64,000 nt of DNA from Parcubacteria group bacterium. GTDB taxonomy: Bacteria > Patescibacteriota > Minisyncoccia > Moranbacterales > UBA2206. The DNA lies in contig JBAZUU010000004.1 in NCBI GenBank assembly GCA_041661275.1, positions 71,480 to 135,479 on the forward strand, written 5' to 3'. A model generated the notes under the pieces. The model made no database searches and had not been told where the DNA came from. It saw only the letters and a list, made by a program, of their open reading frames with translations. A program made the translations under genes and the position numbers. Shown here piece by piece: positions 19,353 to 29,307 of the stretch. How positions within the stretch are numbered: the stretch's first letter is position 1; the number at the start of each line of letters is the position of its first letter.

Positions 19353-20138
19353 ATGGAACAAGAAAACTCGTGCTGTCACAATTTCGACAAAAAATACGTC
19401 CTCATTATCCTCGGAATGGTGCTTTTGTCTGGAATTATCATTGCTTCTATTCTTCGCGACTGGTTTGTTAATGATTATCAAAGCCAGGTTTCTGTCACTG
19501 GCCAAGGGAAGGTGTCTTATCAACCAGATGAGGCTAATATAAATTTGGGGATACAAGTCGATAAAGCGCCGACGGCGGAAATTGCCTTGAAACAACTTAA
19601 TGAAAAAATGACCAAGGTCGTGGCGGCAGTAAAAGCGGCAGGAATTCCGGAAGAGGACATAAAAACCCGAGACTATAATTTAAGTCCCAGTTATGACTAT
19701 AATCAGGGAAGAGATTTTGTTTCCGGATATGATGCCCGACAAAGCTTGGCTGTGAAAGTAAAAAATATTGATAAAAATAAAGAATTAGTCAGTCAAGTGG
19801 TCGCGGCGGCCAATGGGGCGGGAGTGAATAATATAAACAGTATCAATTTTGGAGTTTCTGATCTGAATTCTATCAAGCAGCAGGCGCGAGTGAAAGCTAT
19901 CCAGGATGCCAAGAGCAAGGCTGATGAACTTTTCAAAGCGGCTGGAGTGAAGCCGAAAAAAATTACCGGTTGGTATGAGAATGAAGCAGGGGGAATGGGA
20001 GGAGCGCAACCTGTGGCGGAAGGCAGTATGCTATCAGCCGCTAAAAATGACAGAGGAGGAGCCAGTGTCTCTCCGGAAATTCCATCAGGGAATCAGGAGA
20101 TGATAGTGGAAATCGGAGTTAACTATGAAGTGAAGTAG
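19353..20138 (+). CDS. SIMPL domain (DUF541) protein
   Basis: N-terminal TM; VSVTGQGKV..PDEA.I.LG, GIPEEDIKT, P.YDY, AIQDAKSKA. Confidence 0.85.
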   Translation: MEQENSCCHNFDKKYVLIILGMVLLSGIIIASILRDWFVNDYQSQVSVTGQGKVSYQPDEANINLGIQVDKAPTAEIALKQLNEKMTKVVAAVKAAGIPEEDIKTRDYNLSPSYDYNQGRDFVSGYDARQSLAVKVKNIDKNKELVSQVVAAANGAGVNNINSINFGVSDLNSIKQQARVKAIQDAKSKADELFKAAGVKPKKITGWYENEAGGMGGAQPVAEGSMLSAAKNDRGGASVSPEIPSGNQEMIVEIGVNYEVK

Positions 20139-20169
20139 TTTTTTCCAATACTCTAAATAAGGATGACCT

Positions 20170-20460
20170 ATGGAGATGATGCAGGCAAAGAGCAATGGTT
20201 TACAAGGTGTTATTTTTCTGAAAATAACAAATCTACAGGTGATAGTTGAGAATTCCCGGTTCTCTGTGGTCTGGAAAGGTTACGGCATCGATTTAGAGAC
20301 CACTCTGGATACATTGGAGAAAATCAAGACACCCGAAAAATTCGGAATGAGGGTCGATGAGGTTGATCGAAGAGTGGGGTATATTACCGCTCAATTGGAA
20401 ATGATGGGCATAATCACTCCGGAACAGGCGGAGGCAATCATGAGCTATGGATGCTACTAG
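20170..20460 (+). CDS. Small orphan protein
   Basis: 96-aa ORF with TAAGGA upstream; no motif recognised. Confidence 0.45.
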   Translation: MEMMQAKSNGLQGVIFLKITNLQVIVENSRFSVVWKGYGIDLETTLDTLEKIKTPEKFGMRVDEVDRRVGYITAQLEMMGIITPEQAEAIMSYGCY

Positions 20461-20707
20461 TTCTTTATTTTAAGGGAGGACACCAATATGAAACAATTCG
20501 GGAGCAGGCAGTTGTCTGCTCCTTTTTATTTTCAAATCCACAAATTTATGGTATAATTTAGGTAATTCATCCCCCACCACTTTTTCGCTTTTTTTTATTT
20601 AACTCTTGTCAATCTTATTTAATAAATTAGTAATTTATTAAAATTTTATCACTTTCTTTTCGCGCTTTCGCGCAAGAGAAAAAGTGGTAGGGGATAAAAA
20701 TAAAACA

Positions 20708-21667
20708 ATGAACACAAAAACAACCTTAACGTTAATAATCATTATTATCCTTGTGGCAGGAGTGGTGATGTTGGGCGCGCGGATTTTGAGTGGTTCAGAA
20801 GACAATTGGATCTGTCAAAACGGCGAATGGGTGAAGCACGGCAACCCGTCCTCTTTCAAACCGGCATTGCCTTGTGAAAAAAATAAAAGTATCGATGAAA
20901 GTGTCAACGTTCAGGAAAAAAATAATTCAGAAAATCCAACTTCCGATGCGGCAGGGAATGATGTGAAAGTGACGCAGCCGATGCCAGGCGATACCATCAA
21001 TAGTCCCATAGAAATTATTGGTGAGGCGAAAGGAAATTGGTTTTTTGAAGGGGAACTGCCGGTAAAATTAGTTGATAAAAACGGAAAAGTAATTGCCGAA
21101 ACGCAAGCTAAAGCGCTTGGCGAATGGATGACGACAGATTTTGTTCCTTTTAGAGCGATTTTAGAATTTTCAGCTCCAACATCCGCTACAGCGGATTTAA
21201 TTTTGGCTGCTAATGATCCTTCGGGTCAGGGAAGCGCGAAAGAGATAAGGATACCGGTAACGCTCGGAAAAGTTACCGGCATGAAAATAAAATTATTTTT
21301 CAGCAGCCTCTATTTTGATCCGGAGTCGCAAAATTGTGAAAAAGTTTATGAAGTGGAAAGAGTTGTTCCAAAAACCAAGGCAGTGGCCAAGGCGGCGCTC
21401 GAGGAACTTTTGGGCGGCATAACAGAGGAAGAAAAAGGCGGCGGATATTTTACCAGTATAAGCCTGGGGGTAAAAGTAAATAGTGTTTCTGTAGTGAATG
21501 GCGTAGCCAAAGCCGATTTCAGTTCGGAGCTGGGAAATGGAGTGGGTGGATCATGCCGAACTTCTATAATAGTCGCGCAGATAACTCAAACGTTGAAACA
21601 ATTCCCGACTGTGAAAAACGTAGTAATTTCGATTGATGGGAAGACGGAGGGAATTTTGCAGCCTTGA
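20708..21667 (+). CDS. Membrane-anchored Gmad2 Ig-like plus GerMN domain protein
   Basis: EDNWICQNGEWVKHGNP, G.WFFEG.LPV, A..EWMT.DFVPF, NDPSG, AKAALEELL.G, GGSCR...AQITQTLKQFPTV. Confidence 0.8.
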   Translation: MNTKTTLTLIIIIILVAGVVMLGARILSGSEDNWICQNGEWVKHGNPSSFKPALPCEKNKSIDESVNVQEKNNSENPTSDAAGNDVKVTQPMPGDTINSPIEIIGEAKGNWFFEGELPVKLVDKNGKVIAETQAKALGEWMTTDFVPFRAILEFSAPTSATADLILAANDPSGQGSAKEIRIPVTLGKVTGMKIKLFFSSLYFDPESQNCEKVYEVERVVPKTKAVAKAALEELLGGITEEEKGGGYFTSISLGVKVNSVSVVNGVAKADFSSELGNGVGGSCRTSIIVAQITQTLKQFPTVKNVVISIDGKTEGILQP

Positions 21668-21845
21668 TCAGGGTGTAAACTTTTGCGTTCGTCTCTGTCG
21701 ATACGCGCTTCGGCGCGATAATATTTTAGAATACTTAATCCCGACAGTATAGCAAGGTTGATCTATATCGGAAAATGCTAAGCGCCTACGAAAGCGTCTC
21801 TCCATAGCCAAACGCAAAAGTTTAAGAAATATAAATAAAAATAAC

Positions 21846-23672
21846 ATGAAAAATCAAAACAGTGCGCTGCCTTCAAATAGAAGGGGATCGGCAGGATTAA
21901 TAATTGTTCTATTCGCGGCAATAATAGTCCTGGCTATTATTGTTTTTGTAATAATAAGAACACTTTTTCCAGCTTTTGATCTAAAAAATCCCCTGGCGCT
22001 TTTTTCTGGTTCTCAAACAAGTCAAAGCGTTGTGTCCGCTCTAAAAATAAAGACCGATGACAGTGTGGCGGAGATAATAACAGGGGATGGAAAAACGAAT
22101 TTGACTCTCGATCCGATTGCTAAAAAAGACTGGCCAAAAGATGCGGTCGGTGGAATGTTCAAGTTGGAGCCAAGTGGAGATTTTCCAAAGCCAATCACTT
22201 TCAAAATGACTCTAAATAAGGCACCGGAAGGATGTTTTGCTATCGGCTATTGGCATGAGGACACAAAAAAATGGGAATTCTTGCCGACAATTGATCTGGG
22301 AAATAATCAATATGCCACAGTTCTGACGCACGCCAGCACTGTTGGTGGGGGATTGGCCAGCGCCTGTCCTTCGAAGTTTCAGGATGCGGAAAATGTATCT
22401 ATGAGCAATGCTATCCGGGCGGAGCTGATGAAAATTCAAATTGACCAACAAACCGGAGAAGCGGCCAAGATAAATGATGCCAGTTGGAAAAAGGCCTGGG
22501 AGAATGCTGATGAGCTGACTAACAAAGTTATCAGTGATTTTTGCAAAGAGAGAAAAGCGGCCAAGAATTTCTGGGATATAAAAAACACACCAGCCACGAT
22601 GGACTTTTTTAATGGCACACAAATGATGCAGTGTCTCGGTTTTGAAACATTGGCTGAAAAATATTCCAAAGCCGTGGACAACGAGTGCGGAGAAAAGAAA
22701 AAAGATAATGTATATGTCATCAAACAAACTGATAATATAAATGCCAATGTTGATATAAATTTGGCGCAGGGATTCTATAAGCAGCAAATGGATCATAAGA
22801 CTATGGCAGTGACCAACGGAAAAACGACCTCATTTGCCAAGCCAGGCGCTTTCGGCTGGCAGACAAGCTGGCAGGTAGATTCTTTCTACACAGCCACCTT
22901 TACCAATGACTCACGTGTTTTCAAGGAAGAAAGTGTCGGAGCTGACTATTATCTCCTTGATATTCCAATGAAGGGTGTGACGGGAAAATCAAATAGTGTT
23001 AACCGCACCACTTTTTCCTTGGAAGGAGTGAATGAAGGACAGACGTTTTCAGTGAAGGTCGTGCCGATTTCTTATACTTCTAGCGCTTCTGGTCCGTCAC
23101 AGACTGCCAGAGGAAAAATTATCGATGACGGCCAATTAGTGTGGAATTATAACCGCAACTTTTCTCCCGGCTGGAGTGACTCGGGTACTACCGGAAAGCC
23201 GATGGAATTTAAAGCTACTTTACTGAAAAATCTGGGGGAGAAAGGAGCAATAATTAAATTTAGTAGTGACTTGGATGATTTAGGAGGAAAACAAGGAGAG
23301 CAACTGAAACAGATAAATGATATGGTGAAAAGCGCTATGCCAGGCGGACAAAGCTTTCATGGTATGACTTTGCCTCCAGGAGTGAACATTTCAGAATCCG
23401 GTGGCGATAAGCCGTGGAGAATAAAATTGGAATCGGATAGTACGAGCTCAGAAGATGGGACGGGAAATCAGACAGATTCTTCCAAAAACAATAATTCTTC
23501 AGTCAATCCCAATGACAAAGATGGTGATGGCGTTCCGGACCTTGCACCTTTGCCTTCGGCAAATGACAAAAATGGCGACGGTATTCCCGATCTGGTTCCG
23601 TTGCCTTCGCCTAATGATCTTAATGGTGATGGTATTCAAGATCTAGTTCCGCTTCCAGGGTATAAGAAATAA
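21846..23672 (+). CDS. Membrane-anchored surface protein with three C-terminal DxxGDGxxD Ca-binding-like repeats
   Basis: N-terminal TM; three 17-aa tandem units (e.g. ANDKNGDGIPDLVPLPS) at about 23505-23660. Confidence 0.65.
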   Translation: MKNQNSALPSNRRGSAGLIIVLFAAIIVLAIIVFVIIRTLFPAFDLKNPLALFSGSQTSQSVVSALKIKTDDSVAEIITGDGKTNLTLDPIAKKDWPKDAVGGMFKLEPSGDFPKPITFKMTLNKAPEGCFAIGYWHEDTKKWEFLPTIDLGNNQYATVLTHASTVGGGLASACPSKFQDAENVSMSNAIRAELMKIQIDQQTGEAAKINDASWKKAWENADELTNKVISDFCKERKAAKNFWDIKNTPATMDFFNGTQMMQCLGFETLAEKYSKAVDNECGEKKKDNVYVIKQTDNINANVDINLAQGFYKQQMDHKTMAVTNGKTTSFAKPGAFGWQTSWQVDSFYTATFTNDSRVFKEESVGADYYLLDIPMKGVTGKSNSVNRTTFSLEGVNEGQTFSVKVVPISYTSSASGPSQTARGKIIDDGQLVWNYNRNFSPGWSDSGTTGKPMEFKATLLKNLGEKGAIIKFSSDLDDLGGKQGEQLKQINDMVKSAMPGGQSFHGMTLPPGVNISESGGDKPWRIKLESDSTSSEDGTGNQTDSSKNNNSSVNPNDKDGDGVPDLAPLPSANDKNGDGIPDLVPLPSPNDLNGDGIQDLVPLPGYKK

Positions 23673-23769
23673 AATATTTATAGTCCCATAAAGCTGGTCG
23701 TAGCAAGCCGATATGGTCGCTGGCCAGCTTTTTTTATATCCTTTATAATTATATGACTCATGCAGTATT

Positions 23770-24333
23770 ATGATAACGACTCTGGAAAAAATTAAATTGG
23801 AAGACAAAGAGATAAACTATAATTTGCGACGCAGTAAACGTGCTCGGCGGATGCGGCTGACTATCAATTGCGACGGATCTCTGACGGCGACTCTTCCCCG
23901 AAGATATTCCACTGATGTGTTGGAGAATTTTATCATAGAAAAGGCCGGATGGATCTTGAAAAAGATCGAATACTTTGAGGGCTTGGAAAATAAGGTTCTT
24001 TGGAAAAATGATCCGGTTGATTATGGAAGATACAAAAATGAAGCTTTAGCGCTGGCTCTCAAGCGTGTATATTATTTTAATCAGATTTATGGTTTTAGTT
24101 ATTCCAAAATTTCCATTCGTAATCAAAAGACCAGGTGGGGAAGTTGTTCGAAGAATGGCAACCTAAGCTTTAATTATAAAATTGTTTTTTTGCCAGAATA
24201 TCTGGCTGACTATGTAATTGTCCATGAGCTTTGTCATTTAGGAGAGTTTAATCATTCATCGCGATTTTGGCAATTGGTGGAAAAGACCATAAAAGATTGT
24301 AAAGCTTTGAGGAAGGAAGTGAGGAAGCTATAA
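23770..24333 (+). CDS. YgjP/DUF45 (M48/SprT-like) zinc metalloprotein
   Basis: RRSKRARR, IRNQKTRWGSCS, DYVIVHELCH...NHS..FW. Confidence 0.9.
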   Translation: MITTLEKIKLEDKEINYNLRRSKRARRMRLTINCDGSLTATLPRRYSTDVLENFIIEKAGWILKKIEYFEGLENKVLWKNDPVDYGRYKNEALALALKRVYYFNQIYGFSYSKISIRNQKTRWGSCSKNGNLSFNYKIVFLPEYLADYVIVHELCHLGEFNHSSRFWQLVEKTIKDCKALRKEVRKL

Positions 24334-27300
24334 AATTGTCACTTTTCCTTCCGGTAGAACGGCTTTGATTTTTTCCTGGATATCATCCAGTTTTTTGATG
24401 CAATAGGGAGTTTCCAGTTTGGAATTATTTATTTCCAAAATTACTTTCATCGCCCCACGATCGCAGGAGTCGAAGAATTGAGAAAGTTTCTTGATCGATT
24501 CTTGGCCGCATTCCGCAGGAAGAGTAATAAATAATTTAGGATTATGGATAGTTTGTCCCTCATCCGCCTGCCGTAAATTTTCAGAAAAATTTTGGCAGGC
24601 CCCTTCTCCCGAAGGGAGAAGGGGTTTTGAAGGAGTATTTCTTTTTTGGGTGGCCATAATTCTTTTCATATTTTCCACTTCTTTTTGGTCGACTATTTTG
24701 GCGTTGTCTACCAGGATCTTGAAATTCCCATCCTTGTCGGAAACGCGGCCACTGGCGATGATGATCTTTTCTTCTTCGAAAACTGAACCAAGACGTTCCA
24801 GGACTTTTGGAAAAACAAGAAGTTCAATGCTGGAATCGACACTCTCAATGGTAACGAAACACATCATTTGCTGGCTTTTGGTATATATTTTTTTTATTTT
24901 GGAAATAATTCCGCCGACACTGACATTTTGGCCGACACTAGACTGATTGATATTTCTGATGTTTGTTGCTACCTTGTTAAAATAGTCCTGATAATCTTTG
25001 ACTGGGTGGTCGCTGATGTAGAGTCCCAAAAGTTCTTTTTCCCAGGTCAATTTTTGTTTGGCGGTTGCTTCTGGAGCGCTGGCCAACGTAATTTGCGGCA
25101 GATTTATTTCCTCTTCTCCAAAAAGGCTGGCTTGCGAACTATTTTTGATACGCTCAAGATTTTTGGAATGAGCCAGGATCATTTCTATCGAAGTTATAAT
25201 TTGATTTCTTTCGCCCAGATCATCAAGCGCGCCGACTTTGGCCAGAGCTTCAATGGATTTTTTATTCAGATCTTTGTGATGGACGCGCTCGATAAGGTCA
25301 GTGATACTTTTAAACTTCCCGTTTCTTTTTCTCTCTTCAACAACTTCATGCGCAATTGTATGCCCGACGTTTTTGACAGCATTGAGTCCAAAGCGGATCC
25401 TTTCTTTTTTATCAGTCGGGTCAATAATAACAGCGAATTCTTCAAAACTTTCATTGATGTTCGGTGGTAGGACTTCAATGCCCATTTCCCGGACCTCGGC
25501 AATTTCAATGGCTACGCGATCGATGTCGTCCTGGTCGGAAGTGAGAAGAGCGGCCATAAATTCCGCCGGATAATGAGCTTTGAGATAGGCGGTTTGATAT
25601 CCGATGAGTGCATAACAGGCAGCGTGCGAACGATTAAAACCGTATCCGGCGAACGGTTCGATAAAAGAAAAAACCTCTTCAGCGATGACACTGGAAATTC
25701 CCTGACGTAAACATCCATCGATAAATTTAGCCCGCTCTTCCTGAATGAGAGCGAAAACTTTTTTGCCCATCGCTTTTCGGAGAACATCCGCTTCACCAAG
25801 GGAAAATCCAGCCATCGATTGCGCTATCTGCATCACTTGTTCCTGATAGACAGCTACGCCGTAGGTTTTTCCCAAGATTGGCTCAAGCAATGGATGAAGA
25901 TATCTTATCTGACGCTCGCCATGTTTTCTGGCGATAAAGTCGGGGATCCAATCCATCGGTCCCGGGCGGTAGAGAGCCACCATAGCAATAATGTCTTCAA
26001 AAACGTTTGGTTTTAATAATTTTAAGTATCTTTTCATACCGGAACTTTCCAACTGAAACACGCCGGTTGTTCGGGCATCTTGCAAAAGCTTGAAGGCTTT
26101 AGGATCATCAGCCGGAATATCATCAATATTGATTTCCACGCCTTTGGTTTTTTTCAAAATTCGCAAAGTATTTTGAATGATGGTCAGGTTTTTCAGTCCC
26201 AAAAAATCCATTTTCAGAAGCCCAATCTTTTCTATAAAACTATATTTTGTGGAAGAGGAATATTGCGTGACAGCTCCTGATTCTTTTCCGATAATTTTTT
26301 GTAAGGGGGTATATTCCACCACTGGCTCGCGGGTGATCACCACGCCACACGCATGCATTGACGCATGGCGAGCCACTCCTTCCAGACGCTTGGCTGAATC
26401 GATCAATTTTTTAGCGTCTTCTCCGGAACCATAAAGGTCAGAAAATTCCTTGACGTTTTTGAGGGCATCTTCAATTCCAGAAAACATCGGAATGAGCTTG
26501 GCCGTTTTGTCGCAAAAATCATAAGGGAGGCCAAGCGCCCGGCCAGCGTCACGGATAGCGGCTCGCGCAGCCATTGTTCCAAAAGTGATGATCTGCGCCA
26601 CGTGATCGTTGCCATATTTTTCCCTGACATAATCCAACACTTCATCCCGGCGATCGTCAGCGAAGTCCATATCAACATCCGGCATAGATATTCTTTCCGG
26701 GTTCAAAAATCTTTCAAAAAGAAGGTCATATTTGACCGGGTCGATGTTGGTGATTCCGATGAGATATGAAACGAAACTTCCTGCGGCTGATCCGCGTCCC
26801 GGTCCCACAACTATTCCCTGATCTTTCGCCCAATTGACGAAATCCTGAACGATCAAAAAGTATGACGCAAATCCGGTTTTTTGGATGATGTCCAGTTCAT
26901 ATTCCATTCTTTTTAAATATTCTTCGCCGGGATTTTCGCCAAATTTTTTATGCAAACCTTCTTCTGTCAGTTTTCTGAGATATGATTCGGCATTGTATCC
27001 ATCCGGCACATCGAAGTGGGGGAGCTGGGTTTCTCCGAGTTTGATTTCCAAATTACATGCCTCGACAATTTTTTGGGTGTTTTCTAATGCTTCCGGAACG
27101 TCCTTAAAATGTTCATACATTTCTTCCGGACTCTTGAGCCAAAGTTCAAAAGCCATCAAATTCATCCGGTTGTCTTCCTGCACTTTGCGGTTAGTTTGGA
27201 TGCAAAGCAAAATATCCTGGATAGAATTATCACCGCTATTCACATAATGGATATCATTAGTAGCGACCAAAGGGATATCCAGTTTTTTGGAAATTTTTTT

Positions 27301-27879
27301 GAGCGCGTCATTGGCAATTTTCTGTCGCGGGAAATTAGGATGATGCTGGATCTCCAGATAAAAATTACCGTGGCCAAAAATTTCGTCGTATTCTTTCGCC
27401 AGCCTTTCCGCTTTTTCCATATCGCCGGAAATGGCCGCGGCCGGCACTTCGCCTTCCGCGCAAGCGCTAAGACCGATGAGACCTTCGGAATGTTTTCTTA
27501 GTAATTCCTTATTGATGCGAGGTTTGTAATAGAATCCTTCCAGATGGGCGATAGAAATCAGTTTCATGAGGTTCTTGTAGCCCTTTTCATTTTTGCAAAG
27601 CAAGATCAGGTGATAGCGAGTTTTGTCTTCCGCAGTATTATTGTGGCTTTTATAGTCTCCGGCAGTGAGATAAAATTCGCAACCGATAATCGGTTTTATC
27701 CCTTTTTCTTTGGCTTTGATAAAAAACTCGATAGCGCCATAAAGAACGCCGTGATCGGTGATAGCGAGCGAATCCATTCCCAGTTCTTTGGCGCGATTAA
27801 GTAGGTCGTCGATTTTGGCAAGACCATCGAGGAGGGAGTAGTGGGAGTGGACGTGGAGATGGGTGAATTTGGGAGGCAT
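24328..27879 (-). CDS. dnaE: DNA polymerase III alpha subunit
   Basis: HLHVHSHYSLLDG PHP domain, GPGRGSAAGS, FERFLNPER.SMPDVDMDF, YGFNRSHA, OB fold. Confidence 0.98.
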   Translation of the reverse strand: MPPKFTHLHVHSHYSLLDGLAKIDDLLNRAKELGMDSLAITDHGVLYGAIEFFIKAKEKGIKPIIGCEFYLTAGDYKSHNNTAEDKTRYHLILLCKNEKGYKNLMKLISIAHLEGFYYKPRINKELLRKHSEGLIGLSACAEGEVPAAAISGDMEKAERLAKEYDEIFGHGNFYLEIQHHPNFPRQKIANDALKKISKKLDIPLVATNDIHYVNSGDNSIQDILLCIQTNRKVQEDNRMNLMAFELWLKSPEEMYEHFKDVPEALENTQKIVEACNLEIKLGETQLPHFDVPDGYNAESYLRKLTEEGLHKKFGENPGEEYLKRMEYELDIIQKTGFASYFLIVQDFVNWAKDQGIVVGPGRGSAAGSFVSYLIGITNIDPVKYDLLFERFLNPERISMPDVDMDFADDRRDEVLDYVREKYGNDHVAQIITFGTMAARAAIRDAGRALGLPYDFCDKTAKLIPMFSGIEDALKNVKEFSDLYGSGEDAKKLIDSAKRLEGVARHASMHACGVVITREPVVEYTPLQKIIGKESGAVTQYSSSTKYSFIEKIGLLKMDFLGLKNLTIIQNTLRILKKTKGVEINIDDIPADDPKAFKLLQDARTTGVFQLESSGMKRYLKLLKPNVFEDIIAMVALYRPGPMDWIPDFIARKHGERQIRYLHPLLEPILGKTYGVAVYQEQVMQIAQSMAGFSLGEADVLRKAMGKKVFALIQEERAKFIDGCLRQGISSVIAEEVFSFIEPFAGYGFNRSHAACYALIGYQTAYLKAHYPAEFMAALLTSDQDDIDRVAIEIAEVREMGIEVLPPNINESFEEFAVIIDPTDKKERIRFGLNAVKNVGHTIAHEVVEERKRNGKFKSITDLIERVHHKDLNKKSIEALAKVGALDDLGERNQIITSIEMILAHSKNLERIKNSSQASLFGEEEINLPQITLASAPEATAKQKLTWEKELLGLYISDHPVKDYQDYFNKVATNIRNINQSSVGQNVSVGGIISKIKKIYTKSQQMMCFVTIESVDSSIELLVFPKVLERLGSVFEEEKIIIASGRVSDKDGNFKILVDNAKIVDQKEVENMKRIMATQKRNTPSKPLLPSGEGACQNFSENLRQADEGQTIHNPKLFITLPAECGQESIKKLSQFFDSCDRGAMKVILEINNSKLETPYCIKKLDDIQEKIKAVLPEGKVTIL
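24557..24624. repeat. ccttctccc/gggagaagg palindromic element in-frame in the dnaE C-terminal linker
   Basis: Encodes PLLPSGEGACQNFSENLRQADEG; same architecture as the miaA units. Confidence 0.75.
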
Positions 27880-27904
27880 AATAATTTTATTATTTTGACT
27901 TATC

Positions 27905-28033
27905 CGTCATTCCGAGCGAGCACGAATGAAATGAAGTGCGAGTCGAGGAATCTGCCAAATGGGTTTACTAGTAATATTATTAAGTAGATCTCTCGACTCG
28001 CTCTCCCTATGGTCGAGCTCGCTCGAGATGACG
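27905..28033. repeat. Cruciform element, divergent copy 2 (upstream of dnaE)
   Basis: cgtcattccgagcgag...agtcgaggaatct...agatctctcgact...ctcgctcgagatgacg; stem changes relative to the other copies keep pairing. Confidence 0.85.
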
Positions 28034-28452
28034 ATAAAATTGGAAATAATAAAAACCACCTGTTAAAGTAGTCTAAAAAAATTTCTCTGAATAATATATT
28101 ACCACCATACTTTTTTTATCCTCATAGCCCAGGTTGCCCTTTGGGATTTGCAGGATAGTTATGGATATATAGTAGCATACAATATTATAACAAAAAAGAC
28201 CCGGGTTTACCGGTCTTCTTTTTTGCTTTTTATTTTTCTCGAGATTTGTTGTTTTTTCTAAATCTATCTCTCATGATAAGATAGATTGAGAAATAATAAC
28301 CAAAGAACTTTACGAACCCCGCACTAATTCCGAGTAAAATATAATAAACATATAATTTTTACCACGGAATCGCCTGCGGCTTAAAATCGGATAACTTCAA
28401 AGTCTATTTCTTGAATTAGTGCGGGGCAGGCACCATATTATTTTACTACTGT

Positions 28453-29157
28453 ATGAAAAAACAGTCAATATCAAAAATACTAAAAACTGAACAAAAATAT
28501 CTGGACAATGGATACGATTTTGTTATTGGCATAGATGAGGCAGGACGGGGGCCGTTGGCGGGGCCAGTAGTGGCTTGCGCGGTTTGTTATAGGAATGGAG
28601 GCTCGGCCTCCATTATGGAGGCCGAGCCTCCAAAGCGATTTGAGTCAATAAAGGATAGTAAAAAGCTTTCTGAAAAGCAGCGGGAAGAATTATATGATTT
28701 TATACACGAGCATTTCCATGTCGGTATTGGAATCTGTGACCACAAAACAATCGATAGGATAAATATTTTGGAAGCGACGTATCTTTCTATGAAAAAAGCG
28801 CTTACCTTCCTAACATCCGATGTTAGGATGAATAAGATGATAGTGTTGGTCGATGGCAATAAAGTTATTCCCAATTGCAGTTATGAACAAAAAGCGATTG
28901 TTAACGGCGACAATATTGTGAAATCAATTTCGGCGGCTTCGATCATTGCCAAAGTGACGCGGGATCGGATGATGAAAAAAATGCACGATAAATATCCGAA
29001 GTATAATTTTGCTTCTCATAAGGGATATGGGACGAAATTGCATATGGAAATGATAAAAAAGCATGGAGCTTGTGAGATACATAGGAAGAGCTTTAGACCC
29101 TGCAATCTTAAGAGAGTCTCTTCTGCCCGTCATTCTGAGCGGAATCGAGTCCGTTAG
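28453..29157 (+). CDS. rnhB: Ribonuclease HII
   Basis: GIDEAGRGPLAGPV, DSKKLS, INILEAT, LVDGN, SISAASIIAKVTRD, HKGYGT..H, HRKSF. Confidence 0.96.
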   Translation: MKKQSISKILKTEQKYLDNGYDFVIGIDEAGRGPLAGPVVACAVCYRNGGSASIMEAEPPKRFESIKDSKKLSEKQREELYDFIHEHFHVGIGICDHKTIDRINILEATYLSMKKALTFLTSDVRMNKMIVLVDGNKVIPNCSYEQKAIVNGDNIVKSISAASIIAKVTRDRMMKKMHDKYPKYNFASHKGYGTKLHMEMIKKHGACEIHRKSFRPCNLKRVSSARHSERNRVR

Positions 29158-29263
29158 GACGAGATGAAGTCGAAGAATCTGCCAAATAATATTACTAGTG
29201 GTATTTTTGAGTAGATCCTTCGACTTCGTTCGGATAAAATCCTCACTACGCTCAGGATGACGG
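29127..29263. repeat. Cruciform element, copy 3 (supplies the last codons and stop of rnhB)
   Basis: Same outer and inner stems; rnhB ends RHSERNRVR* inside it. Confidence 0.9.
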
Positions 29264-29307
29264 ACTGTTTTGTTGATTTTTGCGTTTAATTGGGATAATA
29301 TGTAACT

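Noticed and set aside
13200-20460. Prophage explanation for the orphan ORFs
   Set aside because: No integrase, structural or replication genes; orphans are interleaved singly among core genes.
20488-20556. 22-codon ORF with GGGAGG SD
   Set aside because: Runs straight through a terminator-like hairpin and is too short to support as a gene; only its upstream motif is used.
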